Positions 12,125-25,380 of a DNA stretch of 64,000 nucleotides are shown here, in pieces. The DNA lies in the NCBI RefSeq assembly GCF_001194135.2, contig NC_068996.1:8099381-8163380 (forward strand). Reading direction: 5' to 3'. The stretch is from Octopus bimaculoides. Lineage: Eukaryota. The notes under the pieces were generated by a model. That model saw nothing but the letters and a program-made list of their open reading frames with translations. It was not told where the DNA came from and did not search any database. Each line of letters opens with the position of its first letter. Position 1 is the first letter of the stretch. A program made the position numbers and the translations under genes.

Positions 12125-12929
12125 GTGTGTGTGAGAGACAGAGAGAAAGAAATGAAGAGAAATGTATGTTGCAGGCAGAGGTATGCTTTTCTACAAGGTG
12201 TGGTAACAGATGTTTAATAAAGCATGACTGACTTGTATCTGTAAGGTGAACAGTTGTCATCAGTGCCGCCACCACCACAACCTCAGTCACCACAACCACC
12301 ACCACAATCACCAATGTTCTTGATTCAGAGTACATCGTTTTGTGCTTTATGATCTCACTGCTCTTTTTTTTGTTGTTGGTTTGTCTTTTATTGCTCGTGG
12401 CATAAAATGTTTGGCTATAATCATTACTGCCTTATTATATTACCCCAAAACAATTATGTCCACTTGTATATCTTCTGTTAATTAGCTGTAACTATTTGCA
12501 TTAACCTAAGTTGCTGTTGTTTAGAGCAGAGGAGGGTGTAGTAATGACTGTGATATCAGTAACAATGTATTTTACCCACACACACACACACACATATATA
12601 TATACGTGCATACTCATGCACATATATATATATACAAGTACTCATAACCTAGTAACCGTAATGTCAAAAAGTATGACACTCTGAGTAACAACAGTGTAAA
12701 ATGTTATTCCACAGAACCTCCGTAAAACCAGGCACCAATATTTAAAGCATTGTCCAAGCCTAATTAGGTTACCTATGAAGAAAACCAAACAATGCCAAAG
12801 CATGTGATCCCTGAAGACTATGAATCCCAAAGGCAAGAATATAATTAACATACGTGAAAATGATTGGTAAAATTGGCTGAATTGCATAATAAGTGCTTAT
12901 TTTTTTCTGACTTTGGTATTCTTAGACAA

Positions 12930-12981
<52 letters not shown>

Positions 12982-13549
12982 GTATGCATATATATATATA
13001 TATATATATATATANNNNNNNNNNNNNNNNNNNNNNNNNNNNNNNNNNNNNNNNNNNNNNNNNNNNNNNNNNNNNNNNNNNNNNNNNNNNNNNNNNNNNN
13101 NNNNNNNNNNNNNNNNNNNNNNNNNNNNNNNNNNNNNNNNNNNNNNNNNNNNNNNNNNNNNNNNNNNNNNNNNNNNNNNNNNNNNNNNNNNNNNNNNNNN
13201 NNNNNNNNNNNNNNNNNNNNNNNNNNNNNNNNNNNNNNNNNNNNNNNNNNNNNNNNNNNNNNNNNNNNNNNNNNNNNNNNNNNNNNNNNNNNNNNNNNNN
13301 NNNNNNNNNNNNNNNNNNNNNNNNNNNNNNNNNNNNNNNNNNNNNNNNNNNNNNNNNNNNNNNNNNNNNNNNNNNNNNNNNNNNNNNNNNNNNNNNNNNN
13401 NNNNNNNNNNNNNNNNNNNNNNNNNNNNNNNNNNNNNNNNNNNNNNNNNNNNNNNNNNNNNNNNNNNNNNNNNNNNNNNNNNNNNNNNNNNNNNNNNNNN
13501 NNNNNNNNNNNNNNNNNNNNNNNNNNNNNNNNNNNNNNNNNNNNAAAGA

Positions 13550-13591
<42 letters not shown>

Positions 13592-14829
13592 GTATATATT
13601 ATCTTAATAGCATGTTTTAATAGTATATGAAAGTGGATGTTTGCATATTCTAAGTTGTAGGCCATGGTGTTACACTGAGCTTTCTGAAATTTTACAGATC
13701 CATCCTGAGAGAAAGTTCTTTGAATTGAACTTAAATATAAATGTGAAATTAATAATAATAAAAAAAGCCTCTTGACAATGATTCAGTTATTTGTTTCAGA
13801 TTGTTGATTTTTAATATTTTATATCTCTTTAGAATAAAGATAAAGATATAACACCATTATGACTGAACTGAAGCACATATCATTATCTCTTGTCATTCAT
13901 TTTCATTTACCATCAGTAAATACTTATTCTACAAGAACTCCCATTAAGAGAGCTTCTACATAACCATTTAACCTGATAGAGATAGCAACCAAGCTTCCCT
14001 CAAGTCACACCCTATTGTCTTAAGAATACATTGGACAATGCAGTTACAAGAATATGTGATGGTCACAACTAGAACACCTTTGATCATATCTGCTTGATCA
14101 GGCCTGAGCTGGGGGCTACGCAAGAACAATTCTTATACAACAGCAGCCAACAAGAAAGCCTCTATGTAGCTAACAGTAGCAACTGAGCCACTCTCAAATT
14201 TCACCCTGCAGTTGTACAATGTAGTCTCTGGTATACAAAAGACAAGACAGTCTTCTTTTTTATGCTTTGCAAGGATGAAAGGGAAAGTGGATTTTAGGTA
14301 GAACATAACAGTTATATAACTAAATACCATAATGTATTTTGTCTGCTAGTCTGCTGCTTTTCAAATATCCATCTATCCATGAATGAATGAATCAATCAAT
14401 CAATCAGCATTATTATTTTATGACTAGTTTTCCATGCTGGCAAGGATTGGATTTCCAGATTCTTAATTGGTGTTACTTCTCTTCTGGAGAGGATCAAGGG
14501 CCATGCCTCACTTGTATGTTTCACTTTTGGCACAATTTCTGTTAGCACTTTCTATCACCAACCACTTCACTGTTTGTAGTGGATACATTTTATTATGGCA
14601 CCAGCTCTTGGGAAGTCATATTTCCAGCAAGAATAAAGTCTTCTCTACTCTACATTTTCCCCATTAATTTACTTACCAGTACCAGAAAGCTGTCTCAAAG
14701 CAAATCGAGAAGAGAGTGATGTAGAGAGACTTAGTATGAACATAATGTTTGGTTGAAATTGCTACATTTTTAGATGTTAAACATGTTACTCATCATCACT
14801 GCTGCCATCAACACTTTTATTGTCATTTT

Positions 14830-16140
14830 TCTCCATGCATTCATGGCTGGTCTTTCCAAGCATTTTGTCTCAAGTCATGATCCTTTGTCATTTCCCTCGC
14901 GAGGTTTAGCCAACTGATTTCATGCTTCACCACTTTGTCTCTTTGGTCTCTTTCTTTCACAGATTCTGTCCACTCTGAATACTTCACACTTCTTTATACA
15001 ACTGTGATATGCATCACGACTCTGTAGCAATATAATCTTTTCTCTTCCTCTTTTATTTAATTTGTTTTTCAGTCCAATTTCTGCTTTGTTGTTCATGCAT
15101 GTTAACCTAACACATCCAGTGGAGCAGGCTCACTTTGTCATTTCTTTCCAGCATTTGCAAATCCTCTGCATTCTGGGTCTTCCATACAGGATCATTCTTT
15201 CTTTACAAGTACCATACAACGTAGCCTTTACTCTGGGAGAGAAACTTTTTGTTGCCAGCAGAGGTAATGATTATGGATTTTTTTCACCCCCCGCAACTCT
15301 TACTCTGGCTATTAAACTTTCAGACTCCACCCCACCTCCACAACTAATTAGGTCACCAAAATAACAAAAATTGTCAATTACTTTTAGGAAGCCTGCTGTG
15401 AATTTGAAAGAATTTACTGCAGCTCTTATCTATTCAGGAGTGGCTGTGTGGTAAGTAGCTTGCTTACCAGCCACATGGTCCCGGGTTCAGTCCCACTGTG
15501 TGACACCTTGGGCAAGTGTCTTCTACTATAGCCTCGGGCCGACCAAAGCCTTGTGAGTGGATTTGGTAGACGGAAACTGGAAGAAGCCCGTTGTATATGT
15601 ATATATATATGTGTATATGTGTGTGTGTATATGTGTGTGTGTGTATGTTTGTATGTCTGTGTTTGTCCCCCCACCATCGCTTAACCACCGATACTGGTGT
15701 GTTTATGTCCCTGTAACTTAGCGGTTTGGCAAAAGAGGCTGGTAGAATAAGTACTGGGCTTACAAAGAATAAGCTCTGGGGTCGATTTGCTCGACTATAA
15801 AGGCGGTGCTCCAGCATGGTCACAGTCAAATGACTGAAACAAGTAAAAGAGTATTGAACTTTTCCTCTCAGCTTGCCTATGAAATAACTGCACTTCCTTT
15901 CATCCATAGTTTAGAATGGGTACACTGTATGGAATTTCTGTCCAGTCCCTTTCTGGATATTGAGCATGATCCCACTCCTTGATGGTAATAGGGTCCTGTC
16001 TTCTTTCCTACTAATTAAACTTTTGCCTGTCCTAGATTTACTGAGAGGCTTTTGGCTTCCATGTTTAGAATTTCTTTGAATCTTTAACCAATTTGATTAT
16101 GAGCACTGCATCGTCACCATTCTTGTAGAGAGGTTCAAGG
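14830..16140 (-). mobile_element. RTE-clade LINE, 3' part of ORF, decayed and interrupted by a SINE A
   Basis: Frameshifted pieces EPLYKNGDDAVLII (YADD region), KSLSVNLGQAKV, CSISRKGLDRNSIQCTHSKLW, KVIDNFCYFGDLISCGGG, LPLLATKSFSPRVKATLYGTC occur in the order expected for RTE RT and C-terminus. Confidence 0.85.
15435..15851 (+). mobile_element. Full-length SINE A inserted in the RTE LINE
   Basis: CAGGAGTGGCTGTGTGG (A-box-like), GGGTTCAGTCCC (B-box-like), internal (TA)/(TG) tract, 3' end ..GACTGAAACAAGTAAAAGAG. Confidence 0.92.
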
Positions 16141-16444
16141 TAGTTTTGCTTAATCTCATGCTAATTAATTTTACTGTGCTGGACTTCTTGGCAAAGATTA
16201 TGTGACTAAAGTTTGCTTTTGTCATTGTATCATGACCATTAGTCAAAACACAAAATTTTACATACTGTTGTTTTCTTAGTTGGAAAATAGTTTGTAACTA
16301 TTTCTCAGTCAGGAAACAGTGTGCATGTGGGCTGTAAAGTTTACTCCCAGAATTTACACAAATATTTCATATCTAATGTTTGTAAACTCATCCCAGCAGT
16401 GGAAAAAATGTAAAAATATACATTTACCTTCATAATTATGTTTT

Positions 16445-16446
<2 letters not shown>

Positions 16447-16535
<89 letters not shown>
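16447..16535. repeat. (CA)n microsatellite
   Basis: Directly visible. Confidence 0.95.
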
Positions 16536-16537
<2 letters not shown>

Positions 16538-16726
16538 TAGATGCTTTCTAATGACTAATAACTTTTAAATAAAAATGGAATCTTCTTAAATTAAAACAAA
16601 TTGATGTAATAAGAGATTAATGGAGATATTAAAACATATAAAAGATATCAGACAGCAAAAATATCAGAAAATATAAAAAAATAAAACTCATTGTGAAATA
16701 AAGTTGAGTGAGCATTTATTGAGAAT

Positions 16727-17055
16727 CATCATCGTCATCATCATTTAACGTCCACTTTCTATGCTAGCATGGGTTGGACGATTTGACTAAGGACTGGTGA
16801 AACCAGATGGCTACACCAGACTCCAATCTGATCTGGCAGAATGTTTTTATTTAAAAATTTGACCAGTTATTTGTAATCATCATTATACATCTGTTTTCCA
16901 TGCTGGCATGGGTTGGACAACTTGACAGCTGGCAAAGCCAGGGGTCACACTGGGTTCCAATTGTCTGTTTTGACATGGTTCCTCTGGCTGGTTCCTAATG
17001 CCAACCACTTCATAGAGTTTTGGGTGCTTTTCATGTGGCACCATCACCAGTGTTT
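16727..17055 (-). mobile_element. Two family C retroposon 3' fragments, (ATG)n tail on minus strand
   Basis: (CAT)nTTAACGTCCACTTTCTATGCTAGCATGGGTTGGACG.. and a second TTTTCCATGCTGGCATGGGTTGGAC.. copy. Confidence 0.8.
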
Positions 17056-17375
17056 CAAAAGAAATATTTTTTCTTAATTTGGATCATTACAACTATCATG
17101 TTGGTTGTAGAATTAAATTTTTTAATAGTTTTCTTTAAGACAATTGGGAATTTTTTTTGTAAGTTGATTTTGTTATAGCTAATTGTAGGTGAACCACAAA
17201 ATAAGCAAACACATGACCAAAAGTATTGTCTTCTAGTGTATCTGGCTCTATATTATATAGTGAATTATTCCTTTTTTTGTTTTGTTTTGATCTTTTTGTT
17301 ACCTTATTTCTGTCGAAATGTACTGACATGTTTCAATTAATTTTGAAAATACCAAAGAACTTATTAAATTAATTT

Positions 17376-17387
17376 TCATCATCATCG

Positions 17388-17419
<32 letters not shown>

Positions 17420-17612
17420 GTTTAACGTCTGCTTTCCATGCTAGAATGGGTTGGACGATTTGACTGAGGACTGGTGGAGCCCGAAGGCTACACCAGGCTC
17501 CAATCTTATTTGGCAGAGTTTCTACAGCTAGATGCCCTTCCTAACGCCAACCACTCCGAGAGTGTAGTGGGTGCTTTTACGTGCCACCGGCATGAGGGCC
17601 AGTCAGGCGGTG
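17376..17612 (-). mobile_element. Family C retroposon (RTE-like 3' tail)
   Basis: Long (CAT)n, then CGTTTAACGTCTGCTTTCCATGCTAG..CTACAGCTAGATGCCCTTCCTAACGCCAACCACTCCGAGAGTGTAGTGGG. Confidence 0.88.
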
Positions 17613-17972
17613 TCATTATTAAATTGGTGTTTGGAACATAAATTAATTTTGATAGAAGGTTTCCATTTAGATCATTACAAAATGGGGAATTTGTATCGTA
17701 GAAATAGAGTTGGTTTCAAGTTGGTTATTATGAAAAACAGTAGTAATTTAAAGGAAATTTGGCTGCTCTGTTTAGCAACATAAATGACTACAGAGATCAG
17801 TGTTTCTCAACCATTCTTCTACCTATGGACCCCCTTGATCCTTATTTTACTCTACCCCCTCCTCCAAGCCAGTCAATGTTTAAACAATCCTACTTTTTTC
17901 ATAATTAAATATCTGCAGGAATTGTATAAAAAATTGTTAAGATATTTTGTGTATTGTAGAAGTATAAACTTT

Positions 17973-18136
17973 AGGCACAGGAGTGGCTGTGTGGTAAGTA
18001 GCTTGCTTACCAACCACATGGTTCCGGGTTCAGTCCCACTGCATGGCACCTTGGGCAAGTGTCTTCTACTGTAGCCTCGGGTTGATTAAAGCCTTGTGAG
18101 TGGATTTGGTAGACGGAAACTGAAAAGAAGCCCGTC

Positions 18137-18180
<44 letters not shown>

Positions 18181-18403
18181 GTGTGTGTATATGTTTGTGT
18201 GTCTGTGTTTGTCCCCCAAACATCGCTTGACAACTGATGCTGGTGTGTTTACGTCCCCATAACTTAGCGGTTCGGCAAAAGAGACCAATAGAATAAGTAC
18301 TAGGCTTACAAAGAATAAGTCCTGGAGTTGATTTGCTCGACTTAAGGCGGTGCTCCAGCATGGCCGCAGTCAAATGACTGAAACAAGTAAAAGAGTAAAA
18401 GAG
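17973..18403 (+). mobile_element. Full-length SINE A
   Basis: Head AGGCACAGGAGTGGCTGTGTGGTAAG, internal (TA)n at about 18137-18180, tail GTAAAAGAGTAAAAGAG. Confidence 0.93.
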
Positions 18404-18718
18404 ATATGGTTATATTTTTTGATAACATAATAGGTTAAATAGGATGATGTCTATATTATAATAGCCAATAATATGTTGCCCATGTTTAGTAATATTACAA
18501 TCATGAGATTAGCATTAGTGAATCTCACTCTTTCTCATGGAACCTCTTGAAACCTCTTGCGACGTAAACATTTTGGCAAATTAAATTTAAATGTTGAAGT
18601 GAATCTAACGGTTTTTGCATGTTTTTAAATGACTTATAAACACCTTCCATGCTGCAATTGTTTTTGTTTCAGCACACTATCTCAGATCAGGTCACTTGTT
18701 ATGGCAAGTACATCTCCG

Positions 18719-18771
<53 letters not shown>

Positions 18772-18953
18772 ACGTATGTATATAAATAAATAAATGTTTG
18801 TTTTTATGTTTAGTTATAATAAAAGTAATTTTGCATTAATATAAGGAGTTACTCTATTCTTTTGTAGAGTGCCAAATTAATTATTCTTAAACAAGAATAT
18901 ATTGTTGATAGTGACTATGAAGTTTCAGCCAGTTAAGCCATCACTGGACATGA

Positions 18954-19004
<51 letters not shown>

Positions 19005-19034
19005 TACATGCACATACACATGTGTGTGCATGCA

Positions 19035-19190
19035 CGATGGGCTTCTTTCAGTTTCCCTCTAACAAATCCACTCATAAGGCTTTGGTTGACCTATAATAAA
19101 AGATACTTGTCCAAAGTGCAATGCAGTGGGACTGAACTTGGTACCACGTGGTTGGGAAGCAAACTTCTTGCCACACAGCCACGCCTATAC
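19035..19190 (-). mobile_element. SINE A head fragment
   Basis: GGGCTTCTTTCAGTTTCC..GGGACTGAAC..CCACACAGCCAC. Confidence 0.8.
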
Positions 19191-20329
19191 CAATAATGTG
19201 ATCCTCAAATCGGGGCCAGCATGACATTTATGAAGCACCATTATCTGTGGGTAGCACCAAATAGTTCCCACCACATTGAACTATCATGGTTATCTGTGGC
19301 TTTACGCTGACAGCAACTCCATTTGGTTATCTCAAAACCATTATTATAAAACAATCTAAACAGCACTGGAATTTCATTATTAGATTTTAAATGTAATATT
19401 TGCATTCTATAGAAATTATTTTCTTCCAATATTTTTTTTTATCATCATCTTTGAGATACTCAAAGTTTGAGTCACTAAAGAGCAGATATGATTCTAATGT
19501 ATTTGATGAAATAGTTATATTTTAAAGAAATTTTCCTAATATTTCAGATATTTAGAATGTTCTTTTTTACTTCTGATTTTCCTGCTCTAAAATGTAATTA
19601 TAAAGAAATTAAGATAACGACATTCCATTTCAAAGCTCATATTCCATTTTCTGTCAAATACTTCAAAGCATTTTCTTGTTATAAGCCATTGCTTTTAACC
19701 CTTTCGTAACCATATTTCACATGGAATACACTGCCTCTGTGATTCAATTAATGTTGAAAATGATCAAGAATATGGAGGGAGTTAGAAAGCTGATTAATTT
19801 TACCATTATTAGAAAGACTGTAAAACATAACAGAAGATGGATTTTGTATTTAAAAGAAATTTTTAGGTAAAATTTGGGTGGAAAATTCGAATTTATATAT
19901 GAGTGCTTTAAAACAAGCAGTTTTCTGTCTTAGAACTGGAGGAATTGGTCTCAGGTGGAGCTGGTATCAGTAATGCTAACATTGTTTGGAATTGTTACAA
20001 TATTTTATTCTTTTGTTAAGAAAGCCAGTTTAATTCCCTAACATTCAATTAATGATTTTTAATTAGAGATTGTTTGAGAAGATGATTTCAAAGTGAATTG
20101 AAGCATTAATACTCTAAGACTGATGGTTCCAAGTTTTGGTATGGCTTATTTGAGATTCCATCAGAAGATGATTTTAAATTAAGTAAACGTGTGTGTGCGT
20201 GTGCTATGGTGCCATTCTCAAGGCTCATTAGACACCAAAATGAAGATGTAGGCCAGTGAGGAAGCATGTACATGATCTCTCAACTTACAAGACAAAGAAA
20301 ACAAACCTCTCTTATCATATTCTGTTGTT

Positions 20330-20555
20330 TTAACCCTTCAGCATTCAAACCAGCCATATCAGGTTCACATATTCTTGTTTTATGTTCAAACTGGCAAGAT
20401 CTGGTCTCTCATACCTACCTGACAATGTCATTCTCAAAAGAAACAACCACATCTTTGAATTTTCAAAGCTATGAGATAATGGATGATTAATTCAAAACAA
20501 AAATAAATAAATAAACATTACATTTGACAGAGTAATCTGAATGCTGAAGGGTTAA
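20330..20555. mobile_element. piggyBac-type MITE (family E), TTAA target site
   Basis: TTAACCCTTCAGCATTCA (20330-20347) is the exact reverse complement of TGAATGCTGAAGGGTTAA (20538-20555). TTAA-CCC...GGG-TTAA is the piggyBac signature. Confidence 0.9.
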
Positions 20556-20850
20556 AAGAAAGACACTTTAGATAATGTAGTCCAATGTATGTTATACCCT
20601 GGATGTGGAAAGGCATGATGCTCATAGCATTCCTTTTGATTATAGATCTGCTAGATCAAGGTTGAACAATGGCTAAACATGAACTGCTTCAGTGCTTTAC
20701 TATTTCAGGACATGACCCTGTTAGAGAGTGTTGCAAATCATTGATTATTTTGAGTCTTAAAGATGACACATTTAAAATGTTGGCTGTTCTAAAATATTTT
20801 ATATATTTTCCATAAAATAAAGATAAAAAAAAGTTCAGGAGACATTAAGT

Positions 20851-21190
20851 GTAGGCGTAGCTGTGTAGTAAGAAGTTTGCTTTCCAACCGCATGATTCCA
20901 GGTTCGGTCCCACTGTGTAGCACCTTGGGCAAATGTCTTCTACAATAGCCCTAGACCAAGTAGAGCCTTATGAGTGGACTTGGTCAATGAAGACCGAAAG
21001 AAACTCATTGTATCATCATCATCATCATCATCATCGTTTAACGTCTGCTTTCCATGCTAGCATGGGTTGGACGATTTGACTGAGGACTGGTGAAATCGGA
21101 TGGCAACACCAGGCTCCAATCTAATTTGGCAGAGTTTCTACAGCTGGATGCCCTTCCTAACGCCAACCACTCAGGAAGGGCATCCAGCTG
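20851..21190. mobile_element. SINE A head (+, 20851-21013) abutting a family C copy (-, 21014-21190)
   Basis: A-head motifs run directly into (CAT)nCGTTTAACGTCTGC...GATGCCCTTCCTAACGCCAACC. Confidence 0.8.
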
Positions 21191-21638
21191 TATATATATA
21201 TATATNNNNNNNNNNNNNNNNNNNNNNNNNNNNNNNNNNNNNNNNNNNNNNNNNNNNNNNNNNNNNNNNNNNNNNNNNNNNNNNNNNNNNNNNNNNNNNN
21301 NNNNNNNNNNNNNNNNNNNNNNNNNNNNNNNNNNNNNNNNNNNNNNNNNNNNNNNNNNNNNNNNNNNNNNNNNNNNNNNNNNNNNNNNNNNNNNNNNNNN
21401 NNNNNNNNNNNNNNNNNNNNNNNNNNNNNNNNNNNNNNNNNNNNNNNNNNNNNNNNNNNNNNNNNNNNNNNNNNNNNNNNNNNNNNNNNNNNNNNNNNNN
21501 NNNNNNNNNNNNNNNNNNNNNNNNNNNNNNNNNNNNNNNNNNNNNNNNNNNNNNNNNNNNNNNNNNNNNNNNNNNNNNNNNNNNNNNNNNNNNNNNNNNN
21601 NNNNNNNNNNNNNNNNNNNNNNNNNNNNNNNNNNNNNA

Positions 21639-21870
21639 AGCAATGTTGGGGGGACAAACACAGACACATAAACATATACACACATACATATATATACATA
21701 TATACGACGGGCTTCTTTCAGTTTCCGTCTACCAAATCTACTCACAAGGCTTTGGTCAGCCCAAGGCTATAGTAGAAGACACTTACCCAAGGTGCCATGT
21801 AGTGGGATTGAACCCGGAACCATGTGGTTGGTAAGCAAGCTACTCACCACACAGCCACTCCTATGCCTAT
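21639..21870 (-). mobile_element. SINE A, 5' two-thirds; remainder lost in N-gap
   Basis: GGGGGACAAACACAGACAC..ACGACGGGCTTCTTTCAGTTTCCGTCTACC..CCACACAGCCACTCCTATGCC. Confidence 0.9.
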
Positions 21871-24800
21871 GGCTTGTTTATATTCCTGTAATTTAGCAGT
21901 TCAGCAAAAAGAGACTCTTCTGTTGATGTGTCAATGGCCTCTGCTCCCAAACTAGCTAGTGGAATTACCATCTTTACCTTAATTTCATCTGCTGTACCCC
22001 TCTTCCTCCTCATCTCTCATTCCCCTTATAACTCACTATACACACTTAGCCCAGTGACTTGCCTCACTGACAAATGCTTCATCAAACTGCCAAAATTGGC
22101 AGCTAAGTCTCTCTTGAAGCACATTTACCATCTTAAAAAGGAAGGATACATTAGATAATGTAGTGCAAGATAGATACACTGTCTTACGAATGATATGGTG
22201 GGTCATAGCAAGAAAACCTTTGAAATTTCATACATAAGTACACATATGCATGTATGTGCCAAAGTAGACATACTGAGGAAGGCTTTATAACTCTCCTCAT
22301 CTTGCATAAAACCACTCCTTGCATAAAGAATAGAATCTATAGCAATGATATATTTTACTTCTTTCTATTATGGAACCTCTGTGATGGACTGGTATTCTGT
22401 TCATGGGGAATGACGTGATTTTGGTCACTTATATAGCGTGGAAATTAGATAACTGGCCTTATGACTCATAGAACTTGAGACAGTAAGGTCCAGCCATTGA
22501 GATGATGATGAACGACTATAAAACCTGGTTTTGTAATTTAGTCAAGAAAATCAATATTTAAAAATGTCTAAATGTATGAGATTGAGTTGATGTTAATCAG
22601 ATAATAATTTTTTTGACCATTAATCTCATCTTTTGAAGAAAAAATGTTTCTAATATTTATGGATATACTATGTTTCTATTGGCTCAATCCAAAATTACCT
22701 TCAGGTGTCTTAAAGATTCAGTTAGTAGTTCCAATTCAGTCTGGTACTATCTACACATCTAAGAAAAGGAGATAGGTGATGAAAATCAGAGATAGAATTG
22801 AGAAATATTATGTTGATGTAAATATTAAAAGTATTTAAATCTCTATTGATTTGGTTAATAGTTTAAAACCATGAAAATCAATATTTTACTAATTGATAGG
22901 AAAGATTGCATAGAAATGTAGTTTTGAGGAATTAATAGATTTATATTAACATTGACAGAGTAGGTTTAACAGGACAATTACTAGTGTTTAAGTTCAAATG
23001 TTTTGGCTATGAATTTAATCTAGAATTGGTTCTTTCCTACTGTTAACTTGGAGTTAACTAATTGAACAGACCAGTAATCAAAAGTATTCCAGATGTTTTC
23101 ATCCCACTTTTACCTTGGGATATCTAGAAAATGAAGCAACCTTTTCTATTTTCAATATTCATGTGATTTGAGGGAGATTTGACTCCTATTTCCAGTAGTT
23201 TGAGTGACTATTAGAGGGCTTCCCTTGTAGCTTTTGTATAGTTACACAATATTCTTAAAATCTGTTGTATAAGCAAATGTTTGAAAACTTCTGGATTGCC
23301 AAAATTCACTGCTAACATCAAGTTAGAGTTTTGAAATCATACATTTAATTATTCTACAATTATAAAAAAATCTGTTTGTCTTTGAGAAGGAAATGAGTTG
23401 TTTGGTGGTTGATGCAACAGAGTACCCAAAATGATACTAACAAGACGTCAGAGATTCATATCCTGTCTTCAGTGCTGTAAAATAACTATGTCTAAGTTCA
23501 CCTTGCAGTTAGCTGTTGTTGCTTAATTTCAGATTAACCAGTTCTGATTGGGTTGGGATTTGATGAACATTCTTCTAGCTGTAAACACCATCCTGTCCTT
23601 TGTAATGTTTCAAAGACTACATTGAAGATGGCATTCTGTTATTTGAAAGAAATTTGGTTGCTGTTTCTGACAGGTTGAGCAACCACATAGAGGCTTTCCA
23701 CTCAGTTTCTACATTGTTGCATTACTTGTTACATATAGCAGCTAAATCTCCCTCAGGTCATAACCTATTGTCTTAAAAAGTTCACTCATGCCGCTTGTGT
23801 TTCTGGGACAGTCATGAGTACAGATAAATTCTCTTCGCTCTTTCTTTACAATTTTGAGAATGTATCTTTATCATTTTACATTTGTTCTACCATGTGCCGA
23901 CATGGGTTGGTTGGTTCTTATCTTACAATAAGAGCTGAGTGGATTCAATCATGTCACTGGCAACATCATGATGACAACATTATAGGCCCTCAGGCAAGCA
24001 AAATATTGGGGCCTCTCATCCATGAATTAACATTAATTCCCTAGACCCATGAGGCCTTCTTGGCAATTACTAAGTGTTCCCACGTCTTAAGACAGCATTA
24101 GTTATCAAAAAGTTGTTCCATGCGGCTGGACTAAAAAAAAATCCCTTTTCCTTTATCAGTTCTTCTTTAATGTTACTGTCCTCTACAATATTTGCAAAGT
24201 CCATATCTTGTTTATACATTATATTTCTTTTTTTGTTTTTCCATTGCATTGTTTCTAATGCTGACCACCCATCCTACCACAAACCACTTCGTAGTATATA
24301 CTGGGTCTATATAGTTTAACTTAATTAAATCTCAACTTGAACCACATTCCTGATAATAATATATGTTAATCCCCCCACAACAATGGACCTTCATTTAACT
24401 GTAGTTAGGTATAATATTGCTGGTAATACTGTCACATTCACTGGAAACTGTGTCTTTGAATTCATTTGTATTATGTTCCTCACAATAACATCTGTTAAAT
24501 CCCACTTCAGTGCCTTCATTTAGCTGCAGGTAGAGATGACATTTTTGAGCAGGATTTTACTGGAACATATAACGAATAAGTCAAGATGACTATATGGAAG
24601 TTTCTTCCCTCATTGAAATGTCTCTCATTTTGAAACTTCCTTTTTTTTTCTGTGCAGATTTGATTACTTAATTGAGAAGATTTAGTGATTACATTAAAAG
24701 TCCCTAGCTGTCTTCTGCATAATATTCTCTAAGACACCTCATTATAAGAAAATAGCATGTATCTTAATACTGTTTCAATAATATTTGTGACAGGTATGAT

Positions 24801-25152
24801 AAATTGCAGTATTACTGTTGACAAGTTTTTAATTCCCCTTATTGTATGTGTGTATGAAACACTTAATCAATAGACATTATTATTTTTCTCTTAATATTTC
24901 ATATCTTGAAATCTCCTGTAGGAATTCTTCAACTATTTCTGTATGCTGTTTGAAGATGTCACTTTGTTATATGCATGCTACTACTGCTGCATGCTTTTTG
25001 TAATGGAAGCCACTATATTTCTAATGTTGCTTTATATTGTATCTTCACAGAATATTCTTAGAAATGAACTGGAATTACATACATTTAAAAAAACAAACTA
25101 ATATACTCATCATCATAATCATAATCATCATCATCATCATCATAACCATCAT

Positions 25153-25380
25153 TTAATCCTTTAGCATTTAATTCAGCTATATCCGGCCCAAATATTCTAT
25201 TTGTTTTATGTTAAAACTGACCAGATCCAGCCTTTCACACCTACCCTATAATGTCATTGTAAAAGTATACAAACGCATCGAGATCTTGAAGCTACAAGAT
25301 AATGCATGTTAAATTCAAAACAACAATGTGAATAAATAAGTAATACATTTGACAAAGAAATCTTGATACTAAAGGGTTAA
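25153..25380. mobile_element. piggyBac-type MITE family E; a second partial copy at about 25540-25707
   Basis: TTAATCCTTTAGCATTT ... GATACTAAAGGGTTAA; body matches 20330-20555. Confidence 0.85.

Noticed and set aside
15435-15510. tRNA-like A/B boxes at SINE heads
   Set aside because: No complete cloverleaf, and each continues into a SINE body; not tRNA genes.
15464-15907. Recurrent ORF ends such as YDGLLSVSVYQIHSQGFGRPEAIVEDTCPRCH
   Set aside because: These are antisense translations of SINE A, repeated at many copies; not a protein family.
24917-25100. Open frame EFFNYFCMLFEDVTLLYACYYCC... after an AG, with a hydrophobic stretch
   Set aside because: No recognisable homology or supporting partner exon; such frames are expected occasionally by chance.
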